DNA from: an uncultured Solirubrobacterales bacterium
GTDB taxonomy: Bacteria > Actinomycetota > Thermoleophilia > Solirubrobacterales > Solirubrobacteraceae
Reading direction: 5' to 3'
Length of the DNA stretch: 64,000 nt
Assembly (NCBI GenBank): GCA_963822535.1
Contig: CAWGIA010000001.1
Location: 172,797 to 236,796, forward strand
This document shows positions 1 through 9,337 of the stretch, piece by piece. Position 1 is the stretch's first letter, and each line of letters opens with the position of its first letter. Made by a program: the position numbers and the translations under genes. The notes beneath the pieces were generated by a model that had not been told where the DNA came from, ran no database searches, and worked only from the letters and a program-made list of their open reading frames with translations.

Positions 1-206
1 ACGGCCTGCCAAATGTCGAGCCCCACGACCCACATTGACATCGCCCCGAACAGGACCAGCAGTGTGACCTCCACCCGGTCGATGCGCCGGCGCCTCGTCC
101 GTGGAAGGACCACAGACGGCGCGGGGCCAGAGGTGGGCACGGGGAGCGGAGATTCGATACGCACGGCGGCCGACGCTAACAAAGCGCCGCTTCTGCGCCG
201 GGATTT

Positions 207-1754
207 CTACGTCGCGAGCTTATGCTGGCGCGACTGGGACGCTTGACCGACCGAGCTCCCGAGCGGGTTGATTCCGTGCGCTGACATGAACTGACCGGTG
301 GCCGGCATCCAGGCCAGAATGAGGAACACGGTCAGGGCCAATGCCGTGCGGCGTAGCTTCACGCTCGTACCCAGCGCCGCCAGCGGCAGCATCCAGATGA
401 CGTACCAGGGAACCAGCCAGGCCAGGCTCGCGATCAGCGCGAACGTCGACCACCCAGCGCCTGACATCCAGTCCCGGCGGCGGTAGACCTGATGGGCGAC
501 CACGAGCACCACGCAAACGCTCGCGATCCGCAGTAGGCCGGGCGTCCCGCCGCCGATGCCGATCGCCAGCCCGACCAGGTTGGGGATGCTGAAGTCGGTC
601 AGGAGCGAGCTCTGATCGGACAGGTTGGGAACCGAGAGGCCGAACAGGGCCACACTGAGGATGATCATGGGGATCGCGGCCAGTACGGCCCCGAGCACCA
701 GGCGCGCGCGGCGCGGATTGGTGCGCACCGCGATGAGCAGGAACGGGAGCAGCAACACGGCGGTGAACTTCACCGCGATGGCCAGGACCAGCACCGCGCC
801 GGCGGCGCGATCGCGACGGGCAAGCATGAGGGCGATCGCCCCCATCGCCGGGGCCAGCATGAAGAAGTCATTGTGGAACCCGCCCACGGCGTAGATCAGA
901 TAGATCGGGTTCAGCGCCACGAACACGACGGCGAAGCGTGGGTCGCGACCCAACTGCCGCGCGCAATGCCAGACCAGGGCCAGGAAGCCGAGGCTGAGCA
1001 GCACCGTGGCCACCTTGAGAGTCCAGTAGGCGAACGGGAGCGAAACGAAGGCCAGCGGATAGGTGAGCGCCGTGAACAGCGAGCCGTAGGGGCTGCGCAG
1101 GCTATGCCACGTCGTGAACCGGAACACGGGATCGAACATTTCCTGCTTGATCACGTGCGTGTACGGATTCATGTGGTGCAGACCGCCGAGCCGCGCGTAG
1201 CCCAGGTAGTTGAAGACGTCGTTGAGCTGCAGCGGAGGGCTCATCAGGATGATCACGTGGAGCATCACGACGCAGATCACAATCGCCCGCATCGAGAGGG
1301 TCCGCACGGCGCCCAGGACGACCGCGTAGGCGACGATCATGGCCACCAGCACGCCGCTGAACGCGATCCCCAGCGTGTCTGCGTTGGTGATCAGGCGCGG
1401 GATGAGCGAGTGAAGCGGCCCGGACTCCCAGCTGGGGAACGTGACCGGGCTGCGCGGCACGAGAACCGACGGCCCTGAGGCGGCAGCGACCACCACGACC
1501 AGCGTGGCTAGGACGAGCGTCCCCAGGCCGAGCCGGCCCGCCAGCGGTCCGAACGTGACCCGCGGCCGAGGCAGCGAGGCGCCCAGCCGAAGAGGGCGCA
1601 GCGTCGGGAACGTGACCGTGCCGTCACCGGACCCGGCACCGGCACCCGCTACCGGTCCCGCGGCAAACGCGATCTGAGTCTCGGCCTGGCTCTGTTCCTG
1701 CGACATAACCTGAAGATAGTGGCGTTTGGCGCGTTGATCTCGGTCACCGCCCAA
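207..1754 (-). CDS. polytopic membrane glycosyltransferase, GT-C fold (DUF2029/GT87-like)
   Basis: 515-aa ORF with many hydrophobic spans. The loop motif DVFNYLGYARLGG..NPY resembles polyprenyl-phosphate-sugar dependent GT-C enzymes. Start is uncertain; the Met at 1706 is also possible. Confidence 0.5.
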   Translation of the reverse strand: MGGDRDQRAKRHYLQVMSQEQSQAETQIAFAAGPVAGAGAGSGDGTVTFPTLRPLRLGASLPRPRVTFGPLAGRLGLGTLVLATLVVVVAAASGPSVLVPRSPVTFPSWESGPLHSLIPRLITNADTLGIAFSGVLVAMIVAYAVVLGAVRTLSMRAIVICVVMLHVIILMSPPLQLNDVFNYLGYARLGGLHHMNPYTHVIKQEMFDPVFRFTTWHSLRSPYGSLFTALTYPLAFVSLPFAYWTLKVATVLLSLGFLALVWHCARQLGRDPRFAVVFVALNPIYLIYAVGGFHNDFFMLAPAMGAIALMLARRDRAAGAVLVLAIAVKFTAVLLLPFLLIAVRTNPRRARLVLGAVLAAIPMIILSVALFGLSVPNLSDQSSLLTDFSIPNLVGLAIGIGGGTPGLLRIASVCVVLVVAHQVYRRRDWMSGAGWSTFALIASLAWLVPWYVIWMLPLAALGTSVKLRRTALALTVFLILAWMPATGQFMSAHGINPLGSSVGQASQSRQHKLAT

Positions 1755-1864
1755 GTTGCGATTCAGTTAAGCGCGTTGGACGGGACACCCGAGACATTGG
1801 CCATGAGCGCCGGGGATCTGCCTGTGAGCTACCCCGTCGCCGGGTCCTCTATTAGCCTGATCGC

Positions 1865-3442
1865 GTGAGCGTCGGGTCCGTGTCAAGTGATGAGCGCCTC
1901 ACGGCTCGGATCCGGGGTGGTGCGCGCCCACGCGCGTTGGCCGACGGCCGCGTTTCGGCGGCGACGATGGCCGTCATCGCACTCACCTTGCTCGCGGCGG
2001 TGCTGCGCTTCTACCGCCTGGGCCACCAGGGCTTCTGGTTTGACGAGGCCAACACGGCGGCCGACGTCCGCTACTCCCCGGGCCACATGCTCGGGCTCCT
2101 GCCCCAGAACGAGACCACGCCGCCGCTCTTCTACTGCATCGCCTGGGTCTGGGGCCGCGTGTTCGGCTTCGGTGAATACGCGCTCCGCTCGCTCCCCGCG
2201 CTGGCCGGGGTTCTCACCGTCCCGGTGATCTACGCCGCCGCTTCGAAACTGGTCACCCGCCGGGTCGGGATCGTCGCCGCCGCGCTCACGGCCTGCAATC
2301 CGTTCCTGGTCTGGTATTCGCAGGAGTTCCGGCCCTACGAAGTCCTGGTCCTCCTGAGCGCCGCCGGCCTGCTCGCCTTTGCCCACGCCAGGGAGCGCCC
2401 GACCAATCGGGCGATGCTGGCCTGGGGACTCATCTCGGCCCTGGCGATCGCTGATCACTACTACGCGTTCTTGCTGGTCGTGCCCCAGGCGGTGTGGCTG
2501 CTCTACGAGCACCGCCGGTGCAGGAGCGTGCTGATCGCGATCGCGTTCGTCGGCGTATGCGGGCTCGCCCTCCTGCCTCTGGCCATCAGCCAGAACGGAA
2601 CCGGGAATGCGAGCTGGATCGCCCCGATTCCGCTGTTGCCGAGGCTGGGGCAGATCGTGCCCCAGTTCCTGATCGGCTTTCAGGCCCCCGATGCTCAGAT
2701 CCTCGAGCGAGTGGCGGAGGTGGCCGTTCTCATCGGCTTCGTCCTGCTGGCGGTCCGGGGCGAATGGGTCGAACGCCGAGGCGCGCTCATCGTGGGAGCG
2801 CTCGCGTTGTCGGGCTTCGTCATCAATCTGCTTCTGATCGCCGGCGGAATCGACGATCTGATCACCCGCAACCTGCTGGCGTTGTGGCCACCCGCCGCGA
2901 TCCTGGTCGCGTGTGGCCTCGGCGCCCGGCGCGCGGGCTGGATCGGGAGCGCCGCCGTGGTGGCGCTGTGCGTGACCGGCGTCGTGGCCGTCATCGGCGT
3001 AGCGGTGGACCGCGGCTTCCAGCGCCCGGATTGGCGAGCGGTCGGGCGTACGCTCGGGGCCCGCCCGACCGCCACCGTCGGCGCCCGCGCGATCCTCGTC
3101 CAGGACTACCGCGATCTGCTCCCGCTGTCGCTCTACGAGCCCGGCCTGAAGTTCATGACCACCAGCACGGCCCGGGTATCGGAGCTCGACGTGGTCTCGA
3201 TCCAGGCGCCGCGGGTGCGGCTGTGCTGGTGGGGCGCGGCTTGCAACCTGTCGGGTTCGCGGATGCAGAGGACCTACGCAATTCCCGGGTTCCACGTGGT
3301 CTGGCGCCGGCGGGCGTACCAGTTCACCGTCCTGCACATGGTCGCCGACCGGCCGGTGCTGCTCAGCCGGGCCGCGGTCGCGGGGGCGCTGCGGACGACG
3401 TCGTACCCGAAGGACGAGCTCCTGATCCAGCGCTCCGGGTGA
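1865..3442 (+). CDS. ArnT/PMT-like membrane glycosyltransferase (GT39/PMT_2-like)
   Basis: 525-aa polytopic ORF. The N-terminal motif YRLGHQGFWFDEANT..TPPLFY is typical of GT39/ArnT-type enzymes. It is divergent from the GT-C gene at 207-1754. Confidence 0.6.
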   Translation: MSVGSVSSDERLTARIRGGARPRALADGRVSAATMAVIALTLLAAVLRFYRLGHQGFWFDEANTAADVRYSPGHMLGLLPQNETTPPLFYCIAWVWGRVFGFGEYALRSLPALAGVLTVPVIYAAASKLVTRRVGIVAAALTACNPFLVWYSQEFRPYEVLVLLSAAGLLAFAHARERPTNRAMLAWGLISALAIADHYYAFLLVVPQAVWLLYEHRRCRSVLIAIAFVGVCGLALLPLAISQNGTGNASWIAPIPLLPRLGQIVPQFLIGFQAPDAQILERVAEVAVLIGFVLLAVRGEWVERRGALIVGALALSGFVINLLLIAGGIDDLITRNLLALWPPAAILVACGLGARRAGWIGSAAVVALCVTGVVAVIGVAVDRGFQRPDWRAVGRTLGARPTATVGARAILVQDYRDLLPLSLYEPGLKFMTTSTARVSELDVVSIQAPRVRLCWWGAACNLSGSRMQRTYAIPGFHVVWRRRAYQFTVLHMVADRPVLLSRAAVAGALRTTSYPKDELLIQRSG

Positions 3443-4121
3443 GCGCCTGAAGCTCGGCCGGAGTGAGTTCGCGGTGGGCGCCGGGAGCCAGGTCGCCCAG
3501 CGCGAGCGATCCGAAGCCCACGCGCTCGAGGCTCCTGACCCGATGACCGACGTACTCACACATCCGCTTGACCTGGCGCTTGCGGCCCTCGTGGATCGTG
3601 ATTTCGATCGTGTCGGTAGACACCCGCCGGACCCGGGCCGGCGCCGTGGGTCCGTCCTCGAGCACGACCCCGGCGCGCAGGGCAGCCAGTGCCGACTCGG
3701 GCACGGGAGGCTTCCAGAGCCGCGCCCGATAGGTCTTGGGCACCTCAAAGCTGGGGTGGGTCAGGCGATGGGCCAGCTCGCCGTCATTGGTGAGCAGGAT
3801 GAGACCTGTGGTGTCGATGTCAAGCCGCCCGACGGGATACAGACGGAACTCGGAGGCGATCAGTGAGACCACCGTGGGCCGGCGTTGCGGGTCGGACGCG
3901 GTTGAGACAACGCCGGCGGGCTTGTTGACGGCATAGACCACGCGGGCCGGCTCGGCGCGGACGGGCGCGCCATCGAGGCTGACCACGTCCTCCGGGCCGA
4001 CGTCACGTGCCGGATCGCTGACCACCTGACCGGCAATGCTGACCCGGCCGGAGCGCACGATCTCCTCCGCTGAGCGGCGCGAGGCGACCCCCGCCTGGGC
4101 CAGGAACTTCGCAAGACGCAT
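3363..4121 (-). CDS. rluB: pseudouridine synthase, RsuA/RluB family (S4 domain + PVGRLDxxTxGLLLLTNDG core)
   Basis: MRLAKFLAQAGVASRR is an S4 RNA-binding N-terminus, followed by the catalytic motif YPVGRLDIDTTGLILLTNDGELAHRLTHP. I start at the internal ATG 4119-4121. The 100 codons upstream in the 351-aa ORF overlap rlmN and look non-coding. Confidence 0.85.
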   Translation of the reverse strand: MRLAKFLAQAGVASRRSAEEIVRSGRVSIAGQVVSDPARDVGPEDVVSLDGAPVRAEPARVVYAVNKPAGVVSTASDPQRRPTVVSLIASEFRLYPVGRLDIDTTGLILLTNDGELAHRLTHPSFEVPKTYRARLWKPPVPESALAALRAGVVLEDGPTAPARVRRVSTDTIEITIHEGRKRQVKRMCEYVGHRVRSLERVGFGSLALGDLAPGAHRELTPAELQALTRSAGSGARPSGTTSSAAPPRPRPG

Positions 4122-4142
4122 CGCGGTGCCACCATAGAGAGC

Positions 4143-5126
4143 GTGGACCTCAACCTGCTTGACCGCACGCTTGACGAACTTGACGAGCCTGGCTACAGGC
4201 GGTCCCAGGTCTGGCGGTGGGCGGCACAGGGCGCCGATGGCTTCGCGGCCATGACCGATCTTCCGATCAAACTGCGAGAGGCGCTGGCCGAGGCGATCCC
4301 ATTCTCGAGCCTCACCCTCGAGCACGAGGCCCACTCCCGTGACGGCACCGTCAAGGCGCTCCTGCTCACGAAGGACGGGCGTCCGATCGAAGCGGTCCTG
4401 ATGCGCTTTCGAGATCAACGCCGGTCGCTGTGCCTGTCCTCCCAGTCCGGCTGCCCGCTGACGTGCACGTTCTGCGCCACGGGACAGATGCGGTTCGCCC
4501 GCAACCTGACCGCATCAGAGATCCTGGACCAGGCGCTGCACTTCCGCCGGCTCGGCGCGGTCGATCACGCGGTCTTCATGGGCATGGGCGAGCCAATGAT
4601 GAACCTGGACGAGGTGCTCGAAGCCTGCCGCCGGTTGCCCGACCTTGGGATCTCCTCGCGCCACACCGCGATCTCGACGGTCGGCTGGATTCCGGGAATC
4701 GAGCGCCTGGCCGACGAACCCATGCCAATCCGGCTGGCGCTCTCACTGCACGCCCCCGACGAGGCTCTGCGCTCCGAGCTGATGCCCGTCAACGACCGCT
4801 ACCCGCTGGCCGACGTCCTGGCCGCCTGCCGGTCCTACCGCGAGCGCAAGCGGCGGATGGTGTTCGTGGAATACGTGATGCTGGCCGGAGTCAATGACTC
4901 CTACGCCCAGGCCCGCCAGCTGGCGGAACTGCTCGATCCGTGGTCGTTCAAGGTGAACCTGATCCCGTACAACCCCACGAGCTCACCTTACGAGGGGTCG
5001 AGCCCGAAGGCGATTGACGCGTTTCGCTCCGAGCTCGAGCGCCACGGGATTACCGCCACGGTGCGGGTGGCGCGCGGTCGCGACATCGACGCCGCCTGCG
5101 GGCAGCTCGCCGCGGCCCGGACGTGA
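4143..5126 (+). CDS. rlmN: 23S rRNA/tRNA adenine-C2 methyltransferase RlmN (radical SAM)
   Basis: Radical-SAM cluster motif CPLTCTFCATGQ plus conserved RlmN blocks (LSLHAPD, NLIPYNP, DIDAACGQL). GTG start. Confidence 0.9.
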   Translation: MDLNLLDRTLDELDEPGYRRSQVWRWAAQGADGFAAMTDLPIKLREALAEAIPFSSLTLEHEAHSRDGTVKALLLTKDGRPIEAVLMRFRDQRRSLCLSSQSGCPLTCTFCATGQMRFARNLTASEILDQALHFRRLGAVDHAVFMGMGEPMMNLDEVLEACRRLPDLGISSRHTAISTVGWIPGIERLADEPMPIRLALSLHAPDEALRSELMPVNDRYPLADVLAACRSYRERKRRMVFVEYVMLAGVNDSYAQARQLAELLDPWSFKVNLIPYNPTSSPYEGSSPKAIDAFRSELERHGITATVRVARGRDIDAACGQLAAART

Positions 5127-5146
5127 GCCCGGCCGGGCGCGCCTGG

Positions 5147-5737
5147 CTAGTCAGCCACGCCGGCCCGCGCCTCGCCGGCCCGCAGCAGCTTGTCCCGCAG
5201 TTCCTGCTCGACGTCGGGTGAGGGGTCAAAGCCCTCGATGTCTGGCAGCTCGTCCAGTGAGACCAGGCCGAACAGCTTCAGGAAGAGCTCCGTGGTGCGG
5301 TACAGGACGGCACCGAACTGGGATCGGCCGCTTTCCTCTATCACCCCTCGCTCGAGCAATGTGGCCGCCGCTGATTCGGCGCTCACGCCGCGGATCCGGG
5401 CGATCTCGGGCCTTGAGACGGGCTGCAGGTAGGCCACGATGGCCAGCGTTTCGGCCTGAGCCGGGGTCAGCGGAGGCGTGCGGGGCTTGGCCAGCAGGCG
5501 CCGCGCCGCGGGCTCGACGTCGGGGTGAGTGCTGAGTGTGTAGCCACCGGCGAGCTCACGCACGACGAAGCCGCGCCGCTCGTAGTCATAGTGCTCCCGC
5601 AGCCGCTCCAGCGCCGCGACCACTTCGTGCAGCTCGGCCCCGGTGGCGTCGGCTAGCGCCGGCGGGGCCACGGGATCGGAACTTAGGAACAGCAGCGCTT
5701 CGACGGTTCGCTCGAGCTCAGCGCCTGGTGTGCTCAC
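5147..5737 (-). CDS. scpB: segregation and condensation protein B
   Basis: Contains ELERTVEALLFLSSDPV, GYTLSTHP and LSPAQAETLAIVAYLQPVSRPEIARIRGV, all typical of ScpB. Start chosen at GTG 5735-5737, which overlaps the scpA stop (GTGA). The ORF is open to 5806. Confidence 0.85.
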   Translation of the reverse strand: MSTPGAELERTVEALLFLSSDPVAPPALADATGAELHEVVAALERLREHYDYERRGFVVRELAGGYTLSTHPDVEPAARRLLAKPRTPPLTPAQAETLAIVAYLQPVSRPEIARIRGVSAESAAATLLERGVIEESGRSQFGAVLYRTTELFLKLFGLVSLDELPDIEGFDPSPDVEQELRDKLLRAGEARAGVAD

Positions 5738-6477
5738 GCCGTCAGCCTCCGCTCGCGCATCATCGCCTCGATCGTGATCTCGGCGAACGGCTGGTCCTGG
5801 GTCCACGTCGCCTCACCCTGCTTGTAGAGCTCGAGCAGCGCATACAGGGTCACCGCGACCGTCACGCGATCAGACCGGGCGACCGCCTCGGAGAACGTGA
5901 AGCGTCCGCGCGAGAGGAGTTTTCGCAGGTGCACGAGCCGCTCGGCCACGGTCACCTTGGCCACCGTCAGATGACGAAGATCTACCGGCGGCGGGACGTG
6001 CAGCAGGCCCGTGATGGCGGCGCTCAGCGCGCCCGGGTCATACACCGCCCGGGCATCGGCCAGCGTGGCCTTCCGCAGCGCAGGCGGAAGCGGCGCGGAG
6101 CGAAAGCGATGACCGGCCTGGGCGTCCAGGCGCTCGCGCAGGTACTCGGCAGCAGCACGGTACCGGTGGGCGGCGAGCAATCGGGCCAGCAGCTCCTCGG
6201 CCGCCTCACCCGGATCGAGCTCGATCTCCTCGAGCTCTTCGCCCGGTAGCAAGAGCCGAGACTTCAGCTCCAGCAGGGCAGCGATCAGCACCAGGAACTC
6301 GGTCGCCGCCTCGAGATCGAGCTCGCCGCGACGCTCGAGGTGATCGATGTAGGTGATGACCACGTCAGCCAGATCAACCTCGAGCAGGTCGACCTCCTCG
6401 CGAAGGATCAGCGTCAGCAGCAGATCAAACGGACCTGCGAAGACGTCGAGGTCGAGCTCGAGATCCAGGAGTGCCAC
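5734..6477 (-). CDS. scpA: segregation and condensation protein A
   Basis: The N-terminus LDLDVFAGPFDLLLTLILREEVDLLEVDLADV is the ScpA kleisin signature. It lies immediately upstream of scpB. Confidence 0.85.
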   Translation of the reverse strand: MALLDLELDLDVFAGPFDLLLTLILREEVDLLEVDLADVVITYIDHLERRGELDLEAATEFLVLIAALLELKSRLLLPGEELEEIELDPGEAAEELLARLLAAHRYRAAAEYLRERLDAQAGHRFRSAPLPPALRKATLADARAVYDPGALSAAITGLLHVPPPVDLRHLTVAKVTVAERLVHLRKLLSRGRFTFSEAVARSDRVTVAVTLYALLELYKQGEATWTQDQPFAEITIEAMMRERRLTA

Positions 6478-6487
6478 CCCGCAGACG

Positions 6488-7483
6488 TTATCCGCGATGC
6501 CGGACCGCTCCTACCCCCATCGCCTCCCGCACGTCGATCATCGTGTCGGCGGCAATCGCGCGGGCCTTGGCGGCGCCGTCGGCGAGGATCTCCTCGAGCA
6601 CTCCCTCGTCGGCCCGAAGCTGTCCGTAGCGCTCCCGGGTCGGCTGAAGATAGGCAGTGACGGCCTCGGCCACGGCCTGCTTGAAGTCACCGTAGCCGGA
6701 GCCGGCGAACTCTTGTTCAATGTCCTCGGGAGTCTGCTCCTGCACGGCGGCCAGGATCTCGATCAGGTTCGAGATCCCCGCCTTGTCTGGACCGCGCCGG
6801 ACCTCGCTTCCTGAGTCCGTGACCGAGGAGCGGAACTTCTTGGCGATCGCAGAGGGCTCGTCGAGCACATACACGGTGCCCTGGACGCTCCCGCCGGTGG
6901 TCGACATCTTGCGCTCCGGATTCTGGAGGTCCATGATCCTCGCGCCAACCTCCGGGATCCTCACCTCGGGCACGATCAGGGTCTCGCCGAAACGCGTGTT
7001 GAAGCGCTGGGCGACATCGCGCATCAGCTCGACGTGCTGGCGCTGATCGTCCCCCACCGGGACCTCGTGCGCGCGGTAGACGAGCACGTCGGCCGCCATG
7101 AGCACCGGGTAGGTGAACAAGCCAACCGTGGCCTGCCCGCGCTGTGCGGGCACCTTGTCCTTGAACTGGGTCATACGGCTCAGCTCACCAAATGAAGCCA
7201 CGGCTGAGAGCAACCAGGTCAGCTCGGTATGTTCGAGCACGTCACTCTGGCGAAAGAAGATGCAGCGCTCCGGGTCCAGACCCGCCGCGAGCAGGGTGGC
7301 GGCCGTGTCATAGACCGATTCGCGCAGGCCGGCGGGCTCGTAGGCCACCGTCGTAGCGTGCAGATCGACGACGCAGTAGATCGCCTCGCCGCGGTCCTGC
7401 CCCGCCACGTACTGCTGGATCGCGCCGATGTAGTTGCCCAGGTGCTTGCGCCCGGTCGGCTGAATGCCCGAGAAGATCCGCAT
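6488..7483 (-). CDS. trpS: tryptophan--tRNA ligase
   Basis: MRIFSGIQPTGRKHLGNYIGAI (HIGH-type motif) and KMSTT (KMSKS variant). Its 331-aa length is typical of TrpRS. Confidence 0.95.
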   Translation of the reverse strand: MRIFSGIQPTGRKHLGNYIGAIQQYVAGQDRGEAIYCVVDLHATTVAYEPAGLRESVYDTAATLLAAGLDPERCIFFRQSDVLEHTELTWLLSAVASFGELSRMTQFKDKVPAQRGQATVGLFTYPVLMAADVLVYRAHEVPVGDDQRQHVELMRDVAQRFNTRFGETLIVPEVRIPEVGARIMDLQNPERKMSTTGGSVQGTVYVLDEPSAIAKKFRSSVTDSGSEVRRGPDKAGISNLIEILAAVQEQTPEDIEQEFAGSGYGDFKQAVAEAVTAYLQPTRERYGQLRADEGVLEEILADGAAKARAIAADTMIDVREAMGVGAVRHRG

Positions 7484-7495
7484 GGGCCGCGGAGG

Positions 7496-8125
7496 CTACT
7501 GAGCCAGCGCGCGAGCGAGCGGGTCGCCGTCTGAGTCTGTGCCCTTGCTCTCAGCGCCGTGGGGTCGAGCGAGCAGCCATGCAGCCACCACGCCGCCCAC
7601 GGCTCCGCACGCGTGGCCCTGCCACGAGATCCCGTAGTGGGGCACGAGGCTCGAGAGCAGTGCCCCGCCCCACACCACACCGACCACGACCCCGGTCAGC
7701 ACCTCGAGCCAGCTGCGGTTGAACACGCCCCGGCTGAAGAGATACGTGGCGTAGCCGAAGACGACACCGCTCGCCCCGACCGTGATCGAGTGCGCCGGAG
7801 CGATCAGCCACGTTCCCAGGCCACCAACGAGGATCACGATCACCGTGACCAGGGCCAGCCTGGCTGCACCGCGCAGGGCGATGATCACGCCCATGAACAC
7901 GAACGGAATCGTGTTGTCGATCAAGTGCTGGAAGCTCACATGCAGAAAGGGCGCCGTGAGGATGCCCCACAGATGGCCGATGTTGCGGGGGTAGATGCCG
8001 TCGTTGTCGAGGGCGTTGTGGTCGATCGTGTTGATGCCCTCGAGGACCCACATGAGCGCGACGATCGCCACCAGGAGCAGGAGCCCCTCGATCGGCTGGC
8101 GGCGTTTCTCGGGCAGGTTCTTCAT
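7496..8125 (-). CDS. rhomboid family intramembrane serine protease
   Basis: About six TM segments, a GASGVVFG catalytic Ser motif and a downstream His in a TM helix (WQGHACGAVGG). Confidence 0.8.
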   Translation of the reverse strand: MKNLPEKRRQPIEGLLLLVAIVALMWVLEGINTIDHNALDNDGIYPRNIGHLWGILTAPFLHVSFQHLIDNTIPFVFMGVIIALRGAARLALVTVIVILVGGLGTWLIAPAHSITVGASGVVFGYATYLFSRGVFNRSWLEVLTGVVVGVVWGGALLSSLVPHYGISWQGHACGAVGGVVAAWLLARPHGAESKGTDSDGDPLARALAQ

Positions 8126-8184
8126 CTGGGGAAAGGATGGCAGGTGCGGCCCGCGTGCACGCGAGTGGCCCGGCCGGCCGGCGC

Positions 8185-9324
8185 TCAGGCCAGGGCGGAC
8201 ATGGCCAGGGCGAGCGCAACCTCGGCACGCTGGTGCAGCGCCTCGCGCAGAACGAACTCCTCGGGCGTATGGGCGCCACCGCCGCGGGGTCCCAACCCGT
8301 CGACGGTGAGCGAGATCGTGGCCGCGAAGTGGCTCGCATCGCTGGCCCCGCCGCGAGGAACCCCGGCGATCCTCCGGCCCAGGCGATCGGAGGCGTCCCC
8401 GAGCAGCGACACGGTCTGGGCCTCAGAGTCCATGCCGGGCCATTTGCGCTCCATCCGCGCCTCGAGCTGCACGCCGTCGCGCTCCGGCGGCACGTGGGCC
8501 AGCACGTCGTCAAACGCCTCGAGCCGGCGAGCGCGCAGATCGAAGATCAGCTCACCGGCGGCGGGGACGATGTTGAACGCATCGCCCGAGCGCATCACCG
8601 TCGGCACCGCGCTCAGCTGCTCGGGACCCGCCGGGTCATGCAGGGCGGCCACCGCTTGCGCGGTTTCGGCCAGCGCCAGCAGCGCGTTGCGGCCCCGGTC
8701 GGGGGCGCTCCCGGAATGCGACGCGCGACCCGTGGCCAGCACCCGGAGCGTGCCGGCCGCCTTGCGGCGCACGACGACACCCTCGTCGCCGTCCGGGGTC
8801 CGCTCGCCGGCCTCAAAACACAGGCACGCGTCGTAGCCGGCGAACTCCGGGGCGTGCACGAAGGGCGCCACGCGCCATTCCTCGTCCGTGACCAGCAGCA
8901 CGGCCAGCTCGGCGAACGAGTCCGGCCGCCGCGCGAGGGCCCGGGCGACCCCCAGAGCCAGGATGACCCCACCTTTCATGTCGGCCGTGCCGGTTCCGTA
9001 CAGCCGCTCGCCTTCGGCCCGCAACGGCTGGTGGGCGTCATGGCCGATGACCGTGTCCACGTGGCCGAGGAGCATCATCCTCCGCCGCCCCGATCCGGGC
9101 AGCCTCCCGACCAGGTCCGGCGCGCTCCCCGGGGTCGAGCACGCGGGCCGCTCGATCCGCGCACCGTCGGGCAACAGCTCGCCGCACAGGGCCAGCGCTC
9201 GCTCGGCCCCGTCGATGTCGCCCGAGGGCGAGGAGATACCGACGAGCTGCTCGAGCTCGGCCTCGGCCCGTCCGGCGATCTCGGCCGCCTCGGCAGCTAT
9301 CCGCGGGTCGATCGTGATGCTCAA
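8185..9324 (-). CDS. M20 family metallopeptidase (carboxypeptidase G2-like)
   Basis: Metal and catalytic motifs LLGHVDTV, GTADMKGG and TDEEW. The ORF is open to 9420, but that part overlaps the panE-like gene. TTG 9322-9324, just after its stop, is my preferred start (uncertain). Confidence 0.7.
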   Translation of the reverse strand: MSITIDPRIAAEAAEIAGRAEAELEQLVGISSPSGDIDGAERALALCGELLPDGARIERPACSTPGSAPDLVGRLPGSGRRRMMLLGHVDTVIGHDAHQPLRAEGERLYGTGTADMKGGVILALGVARALARRPDSFAELAVLLVTDEEWRVAPFVHAPEFAGYDACLCFEAGERTPDGDEGVVVRRKAAGTLRVLATGRASHSGSAPDRGRNALLALAETAQAVAALHDPAGPEQLSAVPTVMRSGDAFNIVPAAGELIFDLRARRLEAFDDVLAHVPPERDGVQLEARMERKWPGMDSEAQTVSLLGDASDRLGRRIAGVPRGGASDASHFAATISLTVDGLGPRGGGAHTPEEFVLREALHQRAEVALALAMSALA

Positions 9325-9337
9325 ATCGCCACCAGGC

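Noticed and set aside
1883-3748. 621-aa ORF antisense to the GT39-like gene
   Set aside because: Arg/Pro/Gly-rich low-complexity translation with no recognisable motifs, lying opposite a gene with clear family motifs. This is the typical stop-codon-poor shadow ORF of high-GC DNA.
3363-4418. Long N-terminal extensions given by the ORF track (rluB-like to 4418; also 29019, 29894, 31045, 44664, 45797, 59677)
   Set aside because: The extensions overlap upstream genes, are Arg/Pro-rich, and lie before conserved N-termini. Internal starts coupled to upstream stops (ATGA/GTGA) or preceded by SD sequences fit better.
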